Notes: generated by a model from the letters alone, not told the origin. A DNA stretch of 64,000 nucleotides from Isurus oxyrinchus (GCA_026770705.1 JANJGN010000009.1:163680001-163744000), one strand, 5' to 3'; shown: positions 36,263-50,323, counted from the first letter of the stretch. Program-made: numbers and translations.

Positions 36263-36375
36263 GAGGGAAAATGAAGATTCCGGGGTTACATCTACATTGA
36301 TGGAATTTTTCATCCTGACAAAATATTCATTATTCGTCGAGCTTTGAATTTCTTTTAATAATTCTACAGAATAAA
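36221..36375 (+). CDS. Gene A candidate last exon: tail FQTLNGSDPQSLT*, short 3' UTR and AATAAA
   Basis: Acceptor tgattttcag in non-repetitive DNA, phase-0 frame to TAA 36260-36262, AATAAA at 36370-36375. The unit B equivalent lies outside the window. Confidence 0.5.
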
Positions 36376-36596
36376 AATCGATTTTCTCATCAAATAATTT
36401 TGACCATTAAATTAGTGGAGCAATCAAAAAGCAAAATGATGGCTGCGAACTTCAATTTGTATATCTACATCCTGACAATAATTTCTCTGTTTGCTGCCTT
36501 AGTGTCTACACAACTTTATTTCTTGTTTTAAGACTATCAAATTCTTTAAGAAATAAGCAACTTGAAAGGTTCATTTATTGGAAACCAATCGCTTCA

Positions 36597-39500
36597 TATT
36601 ATGATGCAGCTGAGCTAAATGCTGAGCGGTTCAAATCCAGGAGGGAAACTTGAACCAACTGTCATAACTAACTGTTGCAATTTGTATGATTGAAGATGCA
36701 GGCTTTAAATTCAGTAGTAATAAGACGACTGAGTCTCAACAGGTTTTTATAAAACTAAATTAAACATTTATTAATACAAGAAAGATTGTGAGCACATGCA
36801 TATGTTGACAAAATTACTACTATAATGTCTACAAAAATCCCCTAATTAATCTGGCTCCAAGTTATACCTCCGTTAAGGCATCAGTAAAACACATGGATTT
36901 AAACAGACCCCGGGCAAAGCTCACTCTGGACGGTCACATTCAAATTGAGTTTCTTTCAGCTCTGGGTCTTTGCAGACAGCGGCTTGAGGCTTACGGACTG
37001 GAGGCTTTAGTTCTTAGAATCGCTCTCCTTTTTACCAACAGCCTTCTAATCCTTTTTACATATTTTTCTCTTTGAATGCAATTTTCATTCTACCACTATT
37101 TCTTTTGAAATTTTAACTCTTCAAATAATAAGACACTTTCATACGACCCACTTTATTAGTAATCCTTGGGAAAAATAAACAAACACACAGTTTCTGAGCT
37201 TCACCTGGTTAGGTGTAATATTTCACACCATCTCTGAACCCAAGGTAGGGGAGTTAGTTTAAAGAAAAAATGCAAATTGCCCCCATATTTACCTAATTAA
37301 CATTTCAAACCTATCCTTTTCTATACATCAAAGCCTCTAGACAAGCTGGCTTTAATCCAATTAGGACACACACACACACAGAGGGCAGGATTTTCCGAGC
37401 CCGCTGGCAGCAGGTGTAATAAGTGGCATGTGTGGATAATATGGTGTGAGCTGCTTCACAATGGCAGCATGAAGGCAGGTTGTGATCGTCCGCTCAGCCC
37501 ACCTACAGCGGGTCGTGCTTCCCGCTATCGGTCAGCGGGGAGCTAATTGTTATACATCAGCATGTAATTAAAAGGCCATCCTGCCAGGCTCTTGGAACCC
37601 GGCCGTATCCTCTGTCCACGTTAGCGGGAAAGCACGCCGACGTGATTCACAACAGCACACAGGCAATTTGTACCTGGTGGCCTTGACTCTGGGGGAAATG
37701 GGGTGAGTGAGCAGCAGCGTTCTCCACAGCTTGCCTGTTGTTTACAGGCTTCAGGGATGCCTGACCCCGGATGTGACTGCTGAGAGGGGGGTCTCCGGGG
37801 GGGGTAAGAGCTGGCCAGCCTTGAAATGCTGAGGGCAAGGTGTCTAGTGGCAAGTGCTGGCTGCCTTGGAGGTGGATACTGAGGGGGAGATGTCCAGGGT
37901 CATGTGATGACCAACCTCAGAGGCGAATGGTGTCGGTGGCTCCATGCTCAGGACCATCTCAGATGCAGCCATTAAACTTAAGACACATCTGGTGCTGTGT
38001 CCTCCTTCAGCACCTCAGCCCATTCAGGAGCTGGTGCGCAGTATCACTGGTCACAGATGCTGGTGTGATGGGGTTCAGTCCCACCTTAAAGATGCTGAGA
38101 GCTCACAGTGAGAATGAGAGAACTCTGTGGGGCCTGCCCACTCCATTCTGGCAGCAATGCCCAGCACCGCCGAGGTGCAGGCATCAGTAATGTGTCCAGG
38201 GAGTGTGAGGCTGGACCATCACTGTTATCTGAAGGTTGCACAGAGCACAGGGAAAAGGCCCTGGACTCATACACCTGCCCTTTATCTTGCACAGGAAGGT
38301 TTCACATCTGAGTGACAAGAACACTGCTCATCAGAACAAGGAGCCACAGGCAGGGTGACGTTCTTAGGAGTTTACTGACAATAGTGAACATTATGTACAT
38401 GTGACCAACACCCGTACCCAGGCTGTGCAACTACTTTTCCCTAACTTTCCTAACCCTGCCACTACATCTTGCTGCTCCCCAGACATCCACAGCAGAGGTG
38501 GAGCTAACCCGCTGCATGTGACGCCCTGTCTGTGATGACACTGGTGGGCGTCCTCTGGAGGGCTGAGACTTGGTGGGCCCCGGCCTGCTTTCGGGGTCCT
38601 GCTGTGTGGTAGTGGCCCCCTCCTCGGCCTGGGGGGCTGGAGCTGCTGAGATCCTAGGAAGAGGGGAGTCGGGTTGGCCAGTCACTCCCAGAACCTCCTG
38701 AGTCAATGGCCCCGGAGTGTGTACCTGCTGCTCCTCCTCCCTATCGGTGTCTGAGGGCCCCTGGCTGACTCTGAGAGCGGAGGATGTAGCTGGAGTGAGA
38801 CTTAGCTAATTGTAACCCCTCTCTCATATACACTGTTGGAGGCTAAATATAGCATCAGCGATGGAGTTCACAGTGCACAGCAGCACAGGAGTGACGTCCT
38901 GGGCCAAGGTCTCCATGGCAGCTGCCATCCTGCCATTGTTGACCTCAGTGTATTGCAGCGCCGGAGTTATCACATCAGCCTGAAGATAGACAGTCCCCTC
39001 CATCATGCCTTGCAATCTGAGGAGTGCAGCGGGCATCCCTTCCTGATGTTCCCGAGCTTGCCTTTGCAATTCCAGTAACTGTGACATGACCGAGCCCAGA
39101 GGCTGTCATCTGACTCGGACTCAGCAACATTGTGGCCTCCAGCAGTCCTCTGAGGGGCAGGGGACCTGGGAAGTCCCTGCCTCCACCTGCTGTAGATCAA
39201 ACAGTGCGATGTGCTCCCAGATTGTGATCCTCAGGCTACTCTAAAGCTAGGTCCCACTGAGGTGTGTGTCTCTGCGCTGGCAGAGGCTGTGGGTGAGCTC
39301 TGTGACGGAACTTCAGGGAGAGTGCCTTCAGATTCCTCTTCAGAGGTTTCTTCAGGAGACCCTGGGTCATGGACTCTGTCGGCTGCTTCCCAGATGTGTC
39401 TGTGAAAGCAAGGGGAGATAATGAGTGCATGGCAGTGGCCTGTGATAAAGGACACATCACTCACAGCATGGTTATCTGATGGGTGTTGCACTGCTGGACC

Positions 39501-40468
39501 CTCACTTGATAGGGCAGTGCCAACCTTACCATCAGCACAGGACCGGCCCCGATCATTGCCGGTCAGCTGGATGTCTCTGCTTTCGAATTCTGTCAGAACT
39601 TTGATCTCCGGCATCCCTCCACCTGTCTCTGACCTTTCCCCCCTGTTGTGTGCCAGTTTGTCCTGTGTGGATATGGATGGGGACAGTGTGTCAGGATGCC
39701 TGCAGGGGACAGATGATAAGTATGCCTGGCCTGTGTGGGTGGGGAGTGGTCCCGTGGACAGGGTGAGAACAATGAAGGTGTATGTGAACAGGTGAATGGT
39801 GATGTCCCTTGCACTGGCAGTGAGTGAGGGCCCTGTAGATGTGTGATGGGTTTGTGAAAAGAGTGACTTACCCTGGAGGAACGGAGGAGATCATTCATCC
39901 TTTTGCGGTACTGGGTGACTGTCCTCCTCTGCAGGACGTTCACACTGACCACCGCTGCCTCCACCTCCCAAGCCGGGTTGGGTACTTTGCTGCCCACCCT
40001 GCGGTCAGAGCGTGGGGTAGAGCACATGCCGGTGCCCCTCCACGGCATCCAGCAGTCGCTTGAGGGACCCATCAATGAAGCAGGGGTCTGCAGTCTTTTT
40101 TCCCTCTGTTGGCCATGTCTCCCAGGCAGGGGTGGTGAGCTGGTGGCGATGAGCGCTTTGATGGTAGCTGCCTTTTAAAGATGGTGGTCAGCGTGATGTA
40201 ACAGCGGGGTGATGGTGCGTGGGCGAATGAGAGCCCGCTTGCCATGGAAACGGTGTGGTTCACGGGGGTGAATAAATAATGAGCCGGGTTCGGGATGATA
40301 TGGTGTGAAAACCCGTCATCTTCGTCGGCAGGTAGGACTCCATTTTACCCACCCGCTACCGCACTTAGTGCAATTCTGGGAAAATTCTGCCCACAGGTAC
40401 AGACACCACTAAACTCTCATTTAAAATAATTTCCAATAACATTATAAACATTAATATAACGCTTCACA
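36597..40468. mobile_element. Related solo-LTR-like element (about 860 bp) split by the Harbinger insertion; unit A right part at 2821-2896
   Basis: The start tattatgatg..caaatccaggagggaaacttg..ctgtcataac is homologous to 32488 onward. It ends in ..ttcaca and is flanked by cttca at 36592-36596 and 40469-40473. Confidence 0.6.
37382..40393 (-). mobile_element. Non-autonomous PIF/Harbinger-like DNA transposon carrying a decayed, spliced Myb/SANT-like gene
   Basis: TIRs gggcaggattttcc and ggaaaattctgccc (13/14), flanked by CAG on both sides. Minus-strand trihelix motif PAWEVEAAVVSVNVLQRRTVTQYRKRMNDL, further exons (DKLAHN..GGGMPEIKVLTEFE) and frameshifts. No DDE transposase recognised. Confidence 0.75.
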
Positions 40469-41919
40469 CTTCAATAATATGTTTTACATGGGATGGAACC
40501 TTTATAACAGTAGAATGGGAGACCCACAGGTATAATAAAGAAGGTGTTTTCCTTTTTGAAACCTGATATGATCTTAATGTTATTATGTTATGACTTTTAT
40601 CCATATTTTAGCAAATACAATCTACACTTTTGAGGAATTTCCTGTTTCCTAATGACCACAAGCGCAGTTTCAAGCACGAAGCCTGATTCCCTGTTTGACC
40701 ACCTCCTCTCTTGCCCCCTCCATTGCCTCTGTGCTGTCAGACTGCCTGTCCAGCTGTTTGTCCAACAGCCAGTCCCAGATTACAACTGAACATTGTGAAG
40801 ACTGAAGCCACTGTCTTTGTCCCCACTACAAACACTTTTCCTTATAGCCACTGATTCTATCCACCTCCCTGTCCAATTGAGTTTTCATCCAATGTTGTTC
40901 TTACCTACAAATTCGACTGCTCCAATACCATCCTAGTTGACCTTACATCTTCCACCCTGAACCAACTTAAGCTCATCAAAACCTTTGCTGCCAGTTTTAC
41001 GATGAGTAAGGCTCTATATCAATGCAAGTTATTGTTCTTGTGCTCCACACTTCCCGGTAGGAAGTAACATGTTGGACCAGAAAGTGCAGGAGGGGTTTAG
41101 AGGAATGGTTCCACGAATAAGCAACTTCAGTTACGAAGATAAAGTGGAGAGATTGGGACTGTTCTCCTTGGGGAGGAGAAGGCTAAGAGGAGATTTAATC
41201 GAGGTGTTCAGAATCATGAGGGGGCTGGATAGAGTAGAGAAGGAGAAACTGTTCCCACTCGTAAAAGGGTTGAGAACAAGAGGGCACAGATTTAATGAGA
41301 TTTGCAACAGAAGCAACTGTGATGTGAGAAATGAACATTTCCACATGAGTAGCTCGAGTTTGGAAAGCGCTGCCTAGAGTGTGGTGGATGCAAGTTTAAT
41401 TGAGGCTTTCAACGCTTTCTATTATTTGAATAGAAACAATGTGCAAGGATACAGGGAAAAATCAGGAGAATGGCACAAAGTCATATTGCTCATTTGGAGA
41501 GCCGGTGCACACACGATCGGCCAGGTGGTCTCTACTGGATTCTACTGGACATCAGAAATCCAGTAGGGATTCCAGTTGCTTCAGCTAAATTGAGCTGGAA
41601 CCACAGCACCTGTTCCCAATTGGACTAGGAGTCAGAGAGGGACAATGCAAGAACTGGGGCATAAACTCTCATTCAGTGGGTGGTGCAGTCTGAGGAGGAC
41701 CTGAGAAGGCTTCGAGAGAAAGGTGGGAAAATGGGAGAAAGGGAGACAGAGTCAGAAGCATCCATTACATTGTCCCCAGAGTTGGTCACTCTGGCAGAAT
41801 CAGCATCAGCCTCAGGGAAGGAGGCAACAGTGGAGGAGACGACAGTGGTGGAGGTGGAGGTGGCGATAGCAGCGGAACTGAAGGTTGCAGTGAAGTCGGC
41901 AAAAACAGTGGAGAAGGAT

Positions 41920-42810
41920 GAGGTGGAGCTGGTGACTGAGGAGGCTGAGGTGGAGGTGGTGACTGAGGAGGTTGAGGTGGAGGCAGTGACTGAGGAGGCT
42001 GAGGTGGCGGCAGTGACTGAGGAGGTTGAGGTGGATGCTGAGGTGGAGACGGTGACTGAGGAGGCTGAGGTGGAGGTGGTGGCAGAGGAGGCTGAGGTGG
42101 AGGCAGTGACTGAGGAGGCTGAGGAAGAGGCAGTGACTGAGGAGGCTGAGGTGGAGGCAGTGACTGAGGAGGCAGAGGTGGAGGCAGTGACTGAGGAGGC
42201 TGAGGTGGAGGTGGTGGTTGAGGAGGCTGAGGTGGAGGCAGTGACTGAGGAGGCTGAGGTGGAGGTGGTGGTTGAGGAGGCTGAGGTGGAGGCAGTGACT
42301 GAGGAGGCTGAGGTGGAGGCAGTGACTGAGGAGGCTGAGGTGGAGGTGGTGGTTGAGGAGGCTGAGGTGGAGTTGGTGGTTGAGGAGGTTGAGGTGGAGG
42401 CAGTGACTGAGGAGGCTGAGGTGGAGGTGGTGGTTGAGGAGGCTGAGGTGGAGGCAGTGACTGAGGAGGCTGAGGTGGAGGTGGTGGTTGAGGAGGCTGA
42501 GGTGGAGGCAGTGACTGAGGAGGCTGAGGTGGAGGCAGTGACTGAGGAGGCTGAGGTGGAGGCAGTGGCTGAGGAGGCTGAGGTAGAGGTAGTGGTTGAG
42601 GAGGCTGAGGTGGAGTTGGTGGTTGAGGAGGTTGAGGTGGAGGCAGTGACTGAGGAGGCTGAGGTGGAGGCAGTGACTGAGGAGGCTGAGGTGGAGGCAG
42701 TGACTGAGGAGGTTGAGGAGGAGGCAGTGACTGAGGAGGTTGAGGAGGAGGCAGTGACTGAGGAGGCTGAGGTGGAGGCAGTGACTGAGGAGGCTGAGGT
42801 GGAGGTGGTT
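41920..42810. repeat. 27-bp minisatellite, about 33 units
   Basis: Same unit as in A, with a longer array and a different variant order. Confidence 0.95.
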
Positions 42811-44023
42811 GCCGAGGCGATGGAGGTAGTGAATGTGGGGGTGGAGGAGGAGACATCAGCAGCGGCAGCAGCAGAGACAGTGACTGAGGCTGAGGAGGGG
42901 GAGGCAGCGGCTGTGACAGTGACAGAGGGAGAAGCAGCGAAGGCGGCAGCAGCAAAGGCTGAGGCCACAGTGAGGGAGGCTGTGGAGAGGGAGCTGGAGG
43001 TGGGGCAGAGGCAGCGAGGAGACGGTACGAGACCAGGAGCAGCAACAAAACCTGCCTTGTGGTTTGTGAGGCTCAGGGCAATGGCGACTGTGAGTTGATA
43101 TCTTCCATGTGCCATGTGTGTGTCTCCGAGTCAGCGCACCGGACCACACTGCTTCTGCCCGATTAGGGCGCTTCAGTGGAGTCCGACACCAGTCCAGTGC
43201 CACCCAGCTCCCATTCCCGAGGACAGGTGATGGAACCTGCCCAGTGCCAGGATGAGCTGCTTGGTAAGATCGGGAGGTGGGAAGTAGAGAAGGCAGCCGA
43301 CCAGGAAAAGCTGGAGGATATCTCTAGGATTACTGACTGTCTCCAAGAAGAAACTCTTGTAGCCTTCAGGCAGGGTATATATATGTTTATATAGCTGCAA
43401 TTTACAGTTACCTGCCACATCCCTTTTAACACTTTCTAATGCAGCATCGCTCTGATCAGAATCAGATTTATTGGGGTTGTGCAAATGTCTCCCCAGCCTC
43501 TGATATAACAATAAAAAGCTGCTTTTTCCTTTCCAGTTGCAGTAAGAGGAATGTCCCAGCCTCTCAATGTGACAGGGCAGCCCAGGACTATGTCTCTCAG
43601 TGCAACACCCAGGAACACACACAGTGCAGCCCCCACATTGATTGTTCCAGTTAGGGAGGGGAAAGCGTGCATGTGGAGTAAGTGTACAATTGGGAAGATA
43701 TTGATTCTCACAACATCTCCACGGCTTTAAATCAAATTGAGTTCTGTTGAAGGGTCATGAGGACTCGAAACTTCAACTTTGCTCTTCTCCGCCGATGCTG
43801 ACAGACCTGCTGAGTTTTTCCACTTATTTCTGTTTTTGTTTTATTCTGAATGTTTTGTCTGGAGTCAATTACAAGCAGCGTAGACAATGTCTGTGTTTTA
43901 ATTGTGTGTGGCTGTCCTCGTTTTTCACAAGAAAATTTGCCAGGCTTTTACTCAACTTTTATTCTGAGTGTTTTTTCTGAGTTTATGGAGATATAACCTC
44001 ATATTCTGCTGAAATGCACTTTA

Positions 44024-44190
44024 NNNNNNNNNNNNNNNNNNNNNNNNNNNNNNNNNNNNNNNNNNNNNNNNNNNNNNNNNNNNNNNNNNNNNNNNNNNNN
44101 NNNNNNNNNNNNNNNNNNNNNNNNNNNNNNNNNNNNNNNNNNNNNNNNNNNNNNNNNNNNNNNNNNNNNNNNNNNNNNNNNNNNNNNNNN
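44024..44190. other. N run (167 nt)
   Basis: Undetermined bases. Confidence 0.99.
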
Positions 44191-44861
44191 CCTCAATCAC
44201 CCACACACAAATATCCTCAATCACCCACACACACACACACAAACGCAGTCAAACATATGCACACACACAAATATCCTCAATAACCCCACAAACACACATA
44301 CGCATAGACAGCAATATCGTCAATCACCCCACACACACACACAGAAACCTAAGCACACACAGTAATATCCTCAATCACCCACACACACACACACACATAC
44401 ACACACACACACAAACATAAGCACACACAGTAATATCCTCAATCACCCCCACACACACACACACATACACACACACACAAACCTAAGCACACACAATAAT
44501 ATCCTCAATCACCCCCCCACACACACACATACACACACACACACACAAACCTAAGCACACACAGTAATATCCTCAATCACCCCCACACACACACACACAC
44601 ACATACACACACACATACACACACACACACACAAACATAAGCACACATAGTAATATCCTCAATCACCCCCCCACACACACACACATTCACACACACACAC
44701 ACACATTCACACACACACACACATACACACACACACACACAAACATAAGCACACACAGTAATATCCTCAATCACCCACACACACACACACACACATTCAC
44801 ACACACACACACAAACATAAGCACACACAGTAATATCCTCAATTAACCCCCCCCACACACA

Positions 44862-44908
<47 letters not shown>

Positions 44909-44988
44909 GCACACACACACACACACAAACATAAGCACACACACTAATATCCTCAATCACCCACACACATACACACACACACACAAAC
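44191..44988. repeat. Unit B copy of the CA-rich compound minisatellite
   Basis: Same unit structure as 6831-7550. Confidence 0.93.
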
Positions 44989-45689
44989 ATGGGAATGCGT
45001 GATTCAGTTCATTGTTGACTTTCTTGATCCTCATTTGGCCCTGCAATATATCAGTGCACCAGCAATAAACACCAACAGATAAACGGGAAAAGTAACCAGT
45101 TTGGACCAGTACTACTTACATCACCAGTATTTCTGGCTGTTCCTACCGGGCGACCGGTAATACAGCTGATTTTGACAGTTTTACTGGTCCTACCTAGTTC
45201 AGAACTGGTCTTGATTTACCAGTTTGGAATTGGGATCGACTGGTACCAGTATTACAGGGACTTCCTTCGGGAATGACAATAAATGAATGTGCTTCTCAAC
45301 TCATTGCATTGTCAACCTGAGGTCCATTGCTTTAGACATGTAAGAGTGAAGACTTTACCCATGTGGAACAGATTGCCTTTAGAGGCCTGAGTTTCCTTCC
45401 GGTTTCAATGGTTGAAAACTTTTTGTTGTGTACAGAATGGTGAGGGTGGATGTTCAATCCTAAATGAACGTAGTTCAGTTTCAGCGCAGTTCATTAACTC
45501 CACAAATAATTTAACGGTTGATGACCAACGTAAATAAAGAGTTGAACTCTGAAAAAAATGTTTTCAAAGCTGTTGCACCTTGTCATGTAGATGGTGGCTT
45601 GAAACCACAAGAAAAATGTGCTGCTATTGTTAGGATTGAGGTGTGACAGAAAGCTGTGAATGTACAACAGGTGTTAGTCACAAAATGAA

Positions 45690-48600
45690 GGGTTGTGTTT
45701 GCAAATGGGAGAAGAAGAAGAATTGCATTGTTACAGGGCAAACACGTTGGCAGTAAGTGTTTGAAGGTTAAGCAGCTTCAGCTCAGAACAGACACTGCGA
45801 CGCATCAGGGAGAAGGAAAGTTACCTGGATTCTTTGTGCCAGGAGGCAATCACAGCTCTTAGGACAGGGTGAGTGTGACTGCGAATGCGGCAGGTAAAGA
45901 GACCCAGAGGGCAGGAGCGCAGGAGCCTCAGCCTTTACAATTGTTCTACAGGTCTGAACTTTTCTCAGCTTGTTTGGACAAGAGCAGCGGGTGAGCAGGG
46001 GGGATGAGCTAACTGACCATGGCACCATGGCACAGGAAGCCATCCAAGTGGGGGGAGCAAACAGGAATGTAGCGGGAGTGAGGGATAGTATAGTCAGAGG
46101 GATTGACACCGTTCTCTGCAGCAAACAGCGTGAGTCCACACGAACATGTTGCCTGCCCGGTGCCAGGGTGTGGGATGTCGGCTCAGGGCTGGGGAGGAAC
46201 TTGCATTGGGAGGGGGAGCACCCAGTCATCGTGGTCCATGTAAGCACCAACGACATAGGCAGCACAGAGAAGGAGATTCTGCACAATCAGTGTGAGGAAT
46301 GAGGCACCAGATTAAGAAGCAGAACCACAAAGGTCATAACCGATGGATTATTACCTGAGCCATGTGCAAATTGCCACAGGACAAATCAGACTCAGGAGGT
46401 GAATGTGGCTCAAAGGCTGGTGTGGAAGAAGTGGGTTCTGGTTTGTAGGGCACAAGAACCAGTACTGGGGAAAGTGGGATCTGTACCATTGGGATGGTCT
46501 ACATCTGAACCGTGCTGGGACCAGTGTTCTTGCAAGCCACATAACTAGGGAAGTAGAGAGGGTTTTAAACTAAATAGTGGACAACAGATCATATTCGGGA
46601 TAATGTTGTAATTCAAGGAGCAGAGACAAGTCAAAAGATGAAGGTATTATTAGGAAAGATGAAAAACAGACACTGACAAGGGGGTATAGTGAGAACAAAT
46701 CTAATAGTAAATCAACCGATGAAACTAAAAGTTATAAAAGCATAAAAGGATAAAACTAAAAGCTCTGTATCTGAATGCACGTAGCATTCAAAACAAAACA
46801 GATGAACTGAGAGCGCACATAGAAATCAATAATTACAATTTGATAGCCATTACGGAGACATGGCTGCAGGAGGACATGGATTGGGATGTGAATATTGAAG
46901 GGTACAGGGTACTTAGGAAAGACAGGAAGCGAGGAAAAGGTGTAGCGGTGGCTCTGTTAGTGAATGATGGTATTAGTACAAGAGAGGAAGAAATAATTGG
47001 AGCTTGTCAGAAAGTCATGGTGATAATCATGGGAGACTTTAATTTACATATAGAATGGAAAAGTCAGATGGGCAAAGATAGCCTAACAGAGGAGTACATT
47101 GAATGTTTTCAAGATAGTTTCTGAGAACGGCATGTTCTGGATTCAGCCAGACAGCAGGCTATACTAGACCTGCTATTGTGCAGTGAGATGGGAGGAATTA
47201 ACGATCTCACCATGAAGATGCCCCTAGGAAACAGTGACCATAATAGGATGAATTTTACATTCAGTTTGAAGGAGAGAGGAGTGGGTCTGTGTCTAAGGCG
47301 GGGATTTTTGGGCCCTGCTGCTGGTGGGACTCGCTGTGGGGGAGGCAGTTCCCCAGTCAGAAGCCCCAGTGACTTGCGACAGGACAGGAAGGGCCGGCGA
47401 GCGGGTGTGGAAAATCCCACTGTAAGTTTTTAAACTTTAATAAGGGCAATTATAAGGACATGAAAGCTGGGATGGCTAAAGTGAATTGGCAAAATAGGTT
47501 AAGGGACAGGTCAATCGAGATGCAATGGCTCATATTTGAGGGGATATTTCAGAATGCACGTTCCAACGAGTAAGAAAAAGTCTAAGTGACGGACACACCA
47601 TCCGTGGTTAACTTGAATGTTTAAACATAGTATCAACCTCGAAGGAAAAGTATATAATTCTGCAAAGACAGGTGGCAGGTCAGAAGATTGGACAGAATAA
47701 AAGGAACAGAAAAGAATGACTAAAAGACTAATAAGAAGGGAAAATTTACTCTATGAGAGAATATAACAGGAATATAACAACAGATAGGAAGTCTTTATAA
47801 GCACGTAAAAAAGAAAAGAGTGAACAAAGTGTGTGCTGGTCCTATAGAAGGTGAGCCTGGAGAATTGATAATGGAAAACAAGGAGATGGCAGATGAATTG
47901 AACAGGCATTTTGCACCAGTCATATTGAAAATGTTAGAAGCTATTATTAAAGAAATTATAGCAGGACACTTGGATAAGGTCATGGTCATCAGGCAGAATC
48001 AACATGGTTTTGTGAAAGGGAAATCTGTTCAACCAGTTTTTTGGAGTTCTTTGAGGAAGTAACATGTGCTGTGGAGAAAGGGGAACTGGTGGATGTACTG
48101 TACTGAGGTTTCTAGAAGGCATTTCATAAGTTATTGTGGAAAATAAAAGCTCATGGTATAGGGGGTCACATACTGGTATGGATAGAAAATTGTCTGGCTA
48201 ACAAGAAACAGAGAGTAGGCATGAATGAGTCTTTTTTAGTTTGGCAAGATATAAGAGTGTTGTGGCACAGGGATCATTGCTGGGACCTCAACAGTTTACA
48301 CTTAATATCAACGACTTGGATGAAGGGTTTGAAGGGATGGTTTCTGAATGTGCTGATGACACAAAGATAGGTAGAAAGTAAGTTGTGAAGAGGACATAAG
48401 GAGGCTACAAAAAGATATAGATAGGTTTAGACAGTGGGCAAAGATCTGGAAAATGGAGTATAATGTGGGAAAATGTAAAATTGTCCATTTTGGCAGGAAG
48501 AATAAAAGAGAAGCATGTTATCTTAATGGTGAGAGATTGCAGAGCTCTGAGGTGCAGAGGGATCTGGCTGTCCTAGTGCATGAATCACAAAAGGTTAGTA

Positions 48601-49100
48601 TGGAGATACCGCAAGTAATTAGGAAAGCTGATAGAATGATTTCATTTATTGTGAAGGAGATTGAATTCAAAAGTAGGGAAGTTATTCTTCATCTGCATAA
48701 GGCACGAGTGAGACTACATTTGGAGGACTCTGTACAGTATTGGTCACATTATTTAAGGAAGGATGAAATGCATTGGAAGCAGTTCAGAGAAGGTTTACCA
48801 GGCTAATACCAGGAATGGGTGGATTGTCTAATGAGGAAAGGTTGGACAGACTAGGCTTCTATCTGCTGGAGTTTAGAAGAGTAAGAAGCGAATTGATTGA
48901 AACATATAAGTTCCTGAGGGGTCTTGACAGGGTGAGTGCAGAGAGGATGTTTCCTCTTGTGGGAAAATGAGGGGTCACCAATTTAGAACAGAGATTAGGT
49001 GATTTTTTTGAACTCAGAGGCTCGTGAGTCTTTGGAAATCTCTTCCTGAAAAGGTGGTGAAGGGGAGGCTTCGAATATTTTTAAGGTAGAGGTGGATTGG
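45690..49100 (+). mobile_element. Unit B copy of the CR1 LINE, uninterrupted
   Basis: Also keeps endonuclease motifs LYLNARSI, IAITETWL and MGDFN (46721-47079), which are deleted in unit A. Confidence 0.9.
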
Positions 49101-50143
49101 TACAAATCAGCAGTAACTTGTGGCAATTCACGATTCATTGGCTTTTTTTTTCATCGTCAAAAGTTGCTGATGATTTTCACATTAAAAGAGGTGTTTGTTG
49201 TTCATACCCCATTATATTTTCAGTACGTTCTAGCCCATTGTTATAGAGTTGGTTTTCCAGGCAACTTTTCTGGGTGGAAACATTGAACTTTATTTACAAG
49301 ACAGCAGCAGCAGCTACATGTGTGTATCTAACTCTATAACTAAAGGACAATTCCCCGTGGAGGTTCCCCATGCTCCAAATTGGTTGGTTTACACAGATCA
49401 TGTTCTCTTACAACAAAGGATTATTCTTAATGTTACAGTCCTACATTGATCAAAACTATAATTATTACATTCCTCACCCTTTACCTTTTCTGTACATTTG
49501 TATTTACAAGGATGTTGATCTCATGACATTAAAATACTTCCACAGGTCATGAAATTATAAGCTTGGTCTTTCAAGTGGTTCCATGTGGAACGTTTTAGTT
49601 TCATGACCTCAGATTCTCTGACAGGAACCACAGTCTCTGCAATAACATCAGGTACCTCATTAGGCACAGGCTGATCAGTGTCGTCCACTCCGACAGAGAC
49701 ATCGGGCATGACTATCCTTGGCTGTACAATTTTAACAGGAACAACAGGTTCAACAATGGCTACAGGTGGAAAATTATTTTGTGCGATATCTCCATTCTTT
49801 TTAAATCAATCAGGAGCTTACCGGTGATCTACAAAGATTAGTAAATAAAACCAAAATATTAAGAAATCTCTGTATTCAATTTGACAACTAAATTTCAGAA
49901 ATGAAAAAAATACCTCTGTTCCTGTGGGGTTTGTGGAAATTGGGAGGGGGTTCCTGTTCTAAATCACTTCACAATTCAGTATAAATACTAGTTCAGCTCA
50001 TCGTTATCCATATGCTCTAACTTTTTAACATTCTTGTTTTCAGGATTTTATATCCTTTCAATGAAAATTAGTTTAGTTCTTTTGTTAAATATAACTGACA
50101 GAAGTTCAAGTTCTCAGGGGTCAGATTTCATCAGCTGCCTTAA

Positions 50144-50186
50144 TGTGGTTTCATGACCTGGCTTCCTGCTATCTTCTTCCTCATTT
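50144..50186 (+). promoter_or_regulatory. Same candidate promoter module for gene B
   Basis: Identical RUNX/ETS motifs upstream of the ATG at 50284. Confidence 0.4.
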
Positions 50187-50283
50187 AAATTCCTTGTATC
50201 ATTTATATTAGACAATTATTTCAACGTGAGAAACAAGAGCTGAGTGTCTGGAAACAAGTTCTGTCCTGATCTTTGTGAACAAA

Positions 50284-50323
50284 ATGATGTGGATTTTGAT
50301 TCTCCTCATTAGTTCTCTGCCCG
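50284..50323 (+). CDS. Gene B exon 1, signal peptide
   Basis: Identical to 15127-15166, donor GTGAGT. Confidence 0.88.

Larger units (their letters stand above)
1..37586. repeat. Tandem segmental duplication, unit A (period about 37.6 kb)
   Basis: Position 1 (ggctcttggaacccggccg) recurs at 37587. ORF pairs keep offset 37586 early on (61/37647, 254/37840). Colinearity runs to A 33764 = B 64000; the offset falls to 30236 because of unit-specific indels. Confidence 0.97.
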
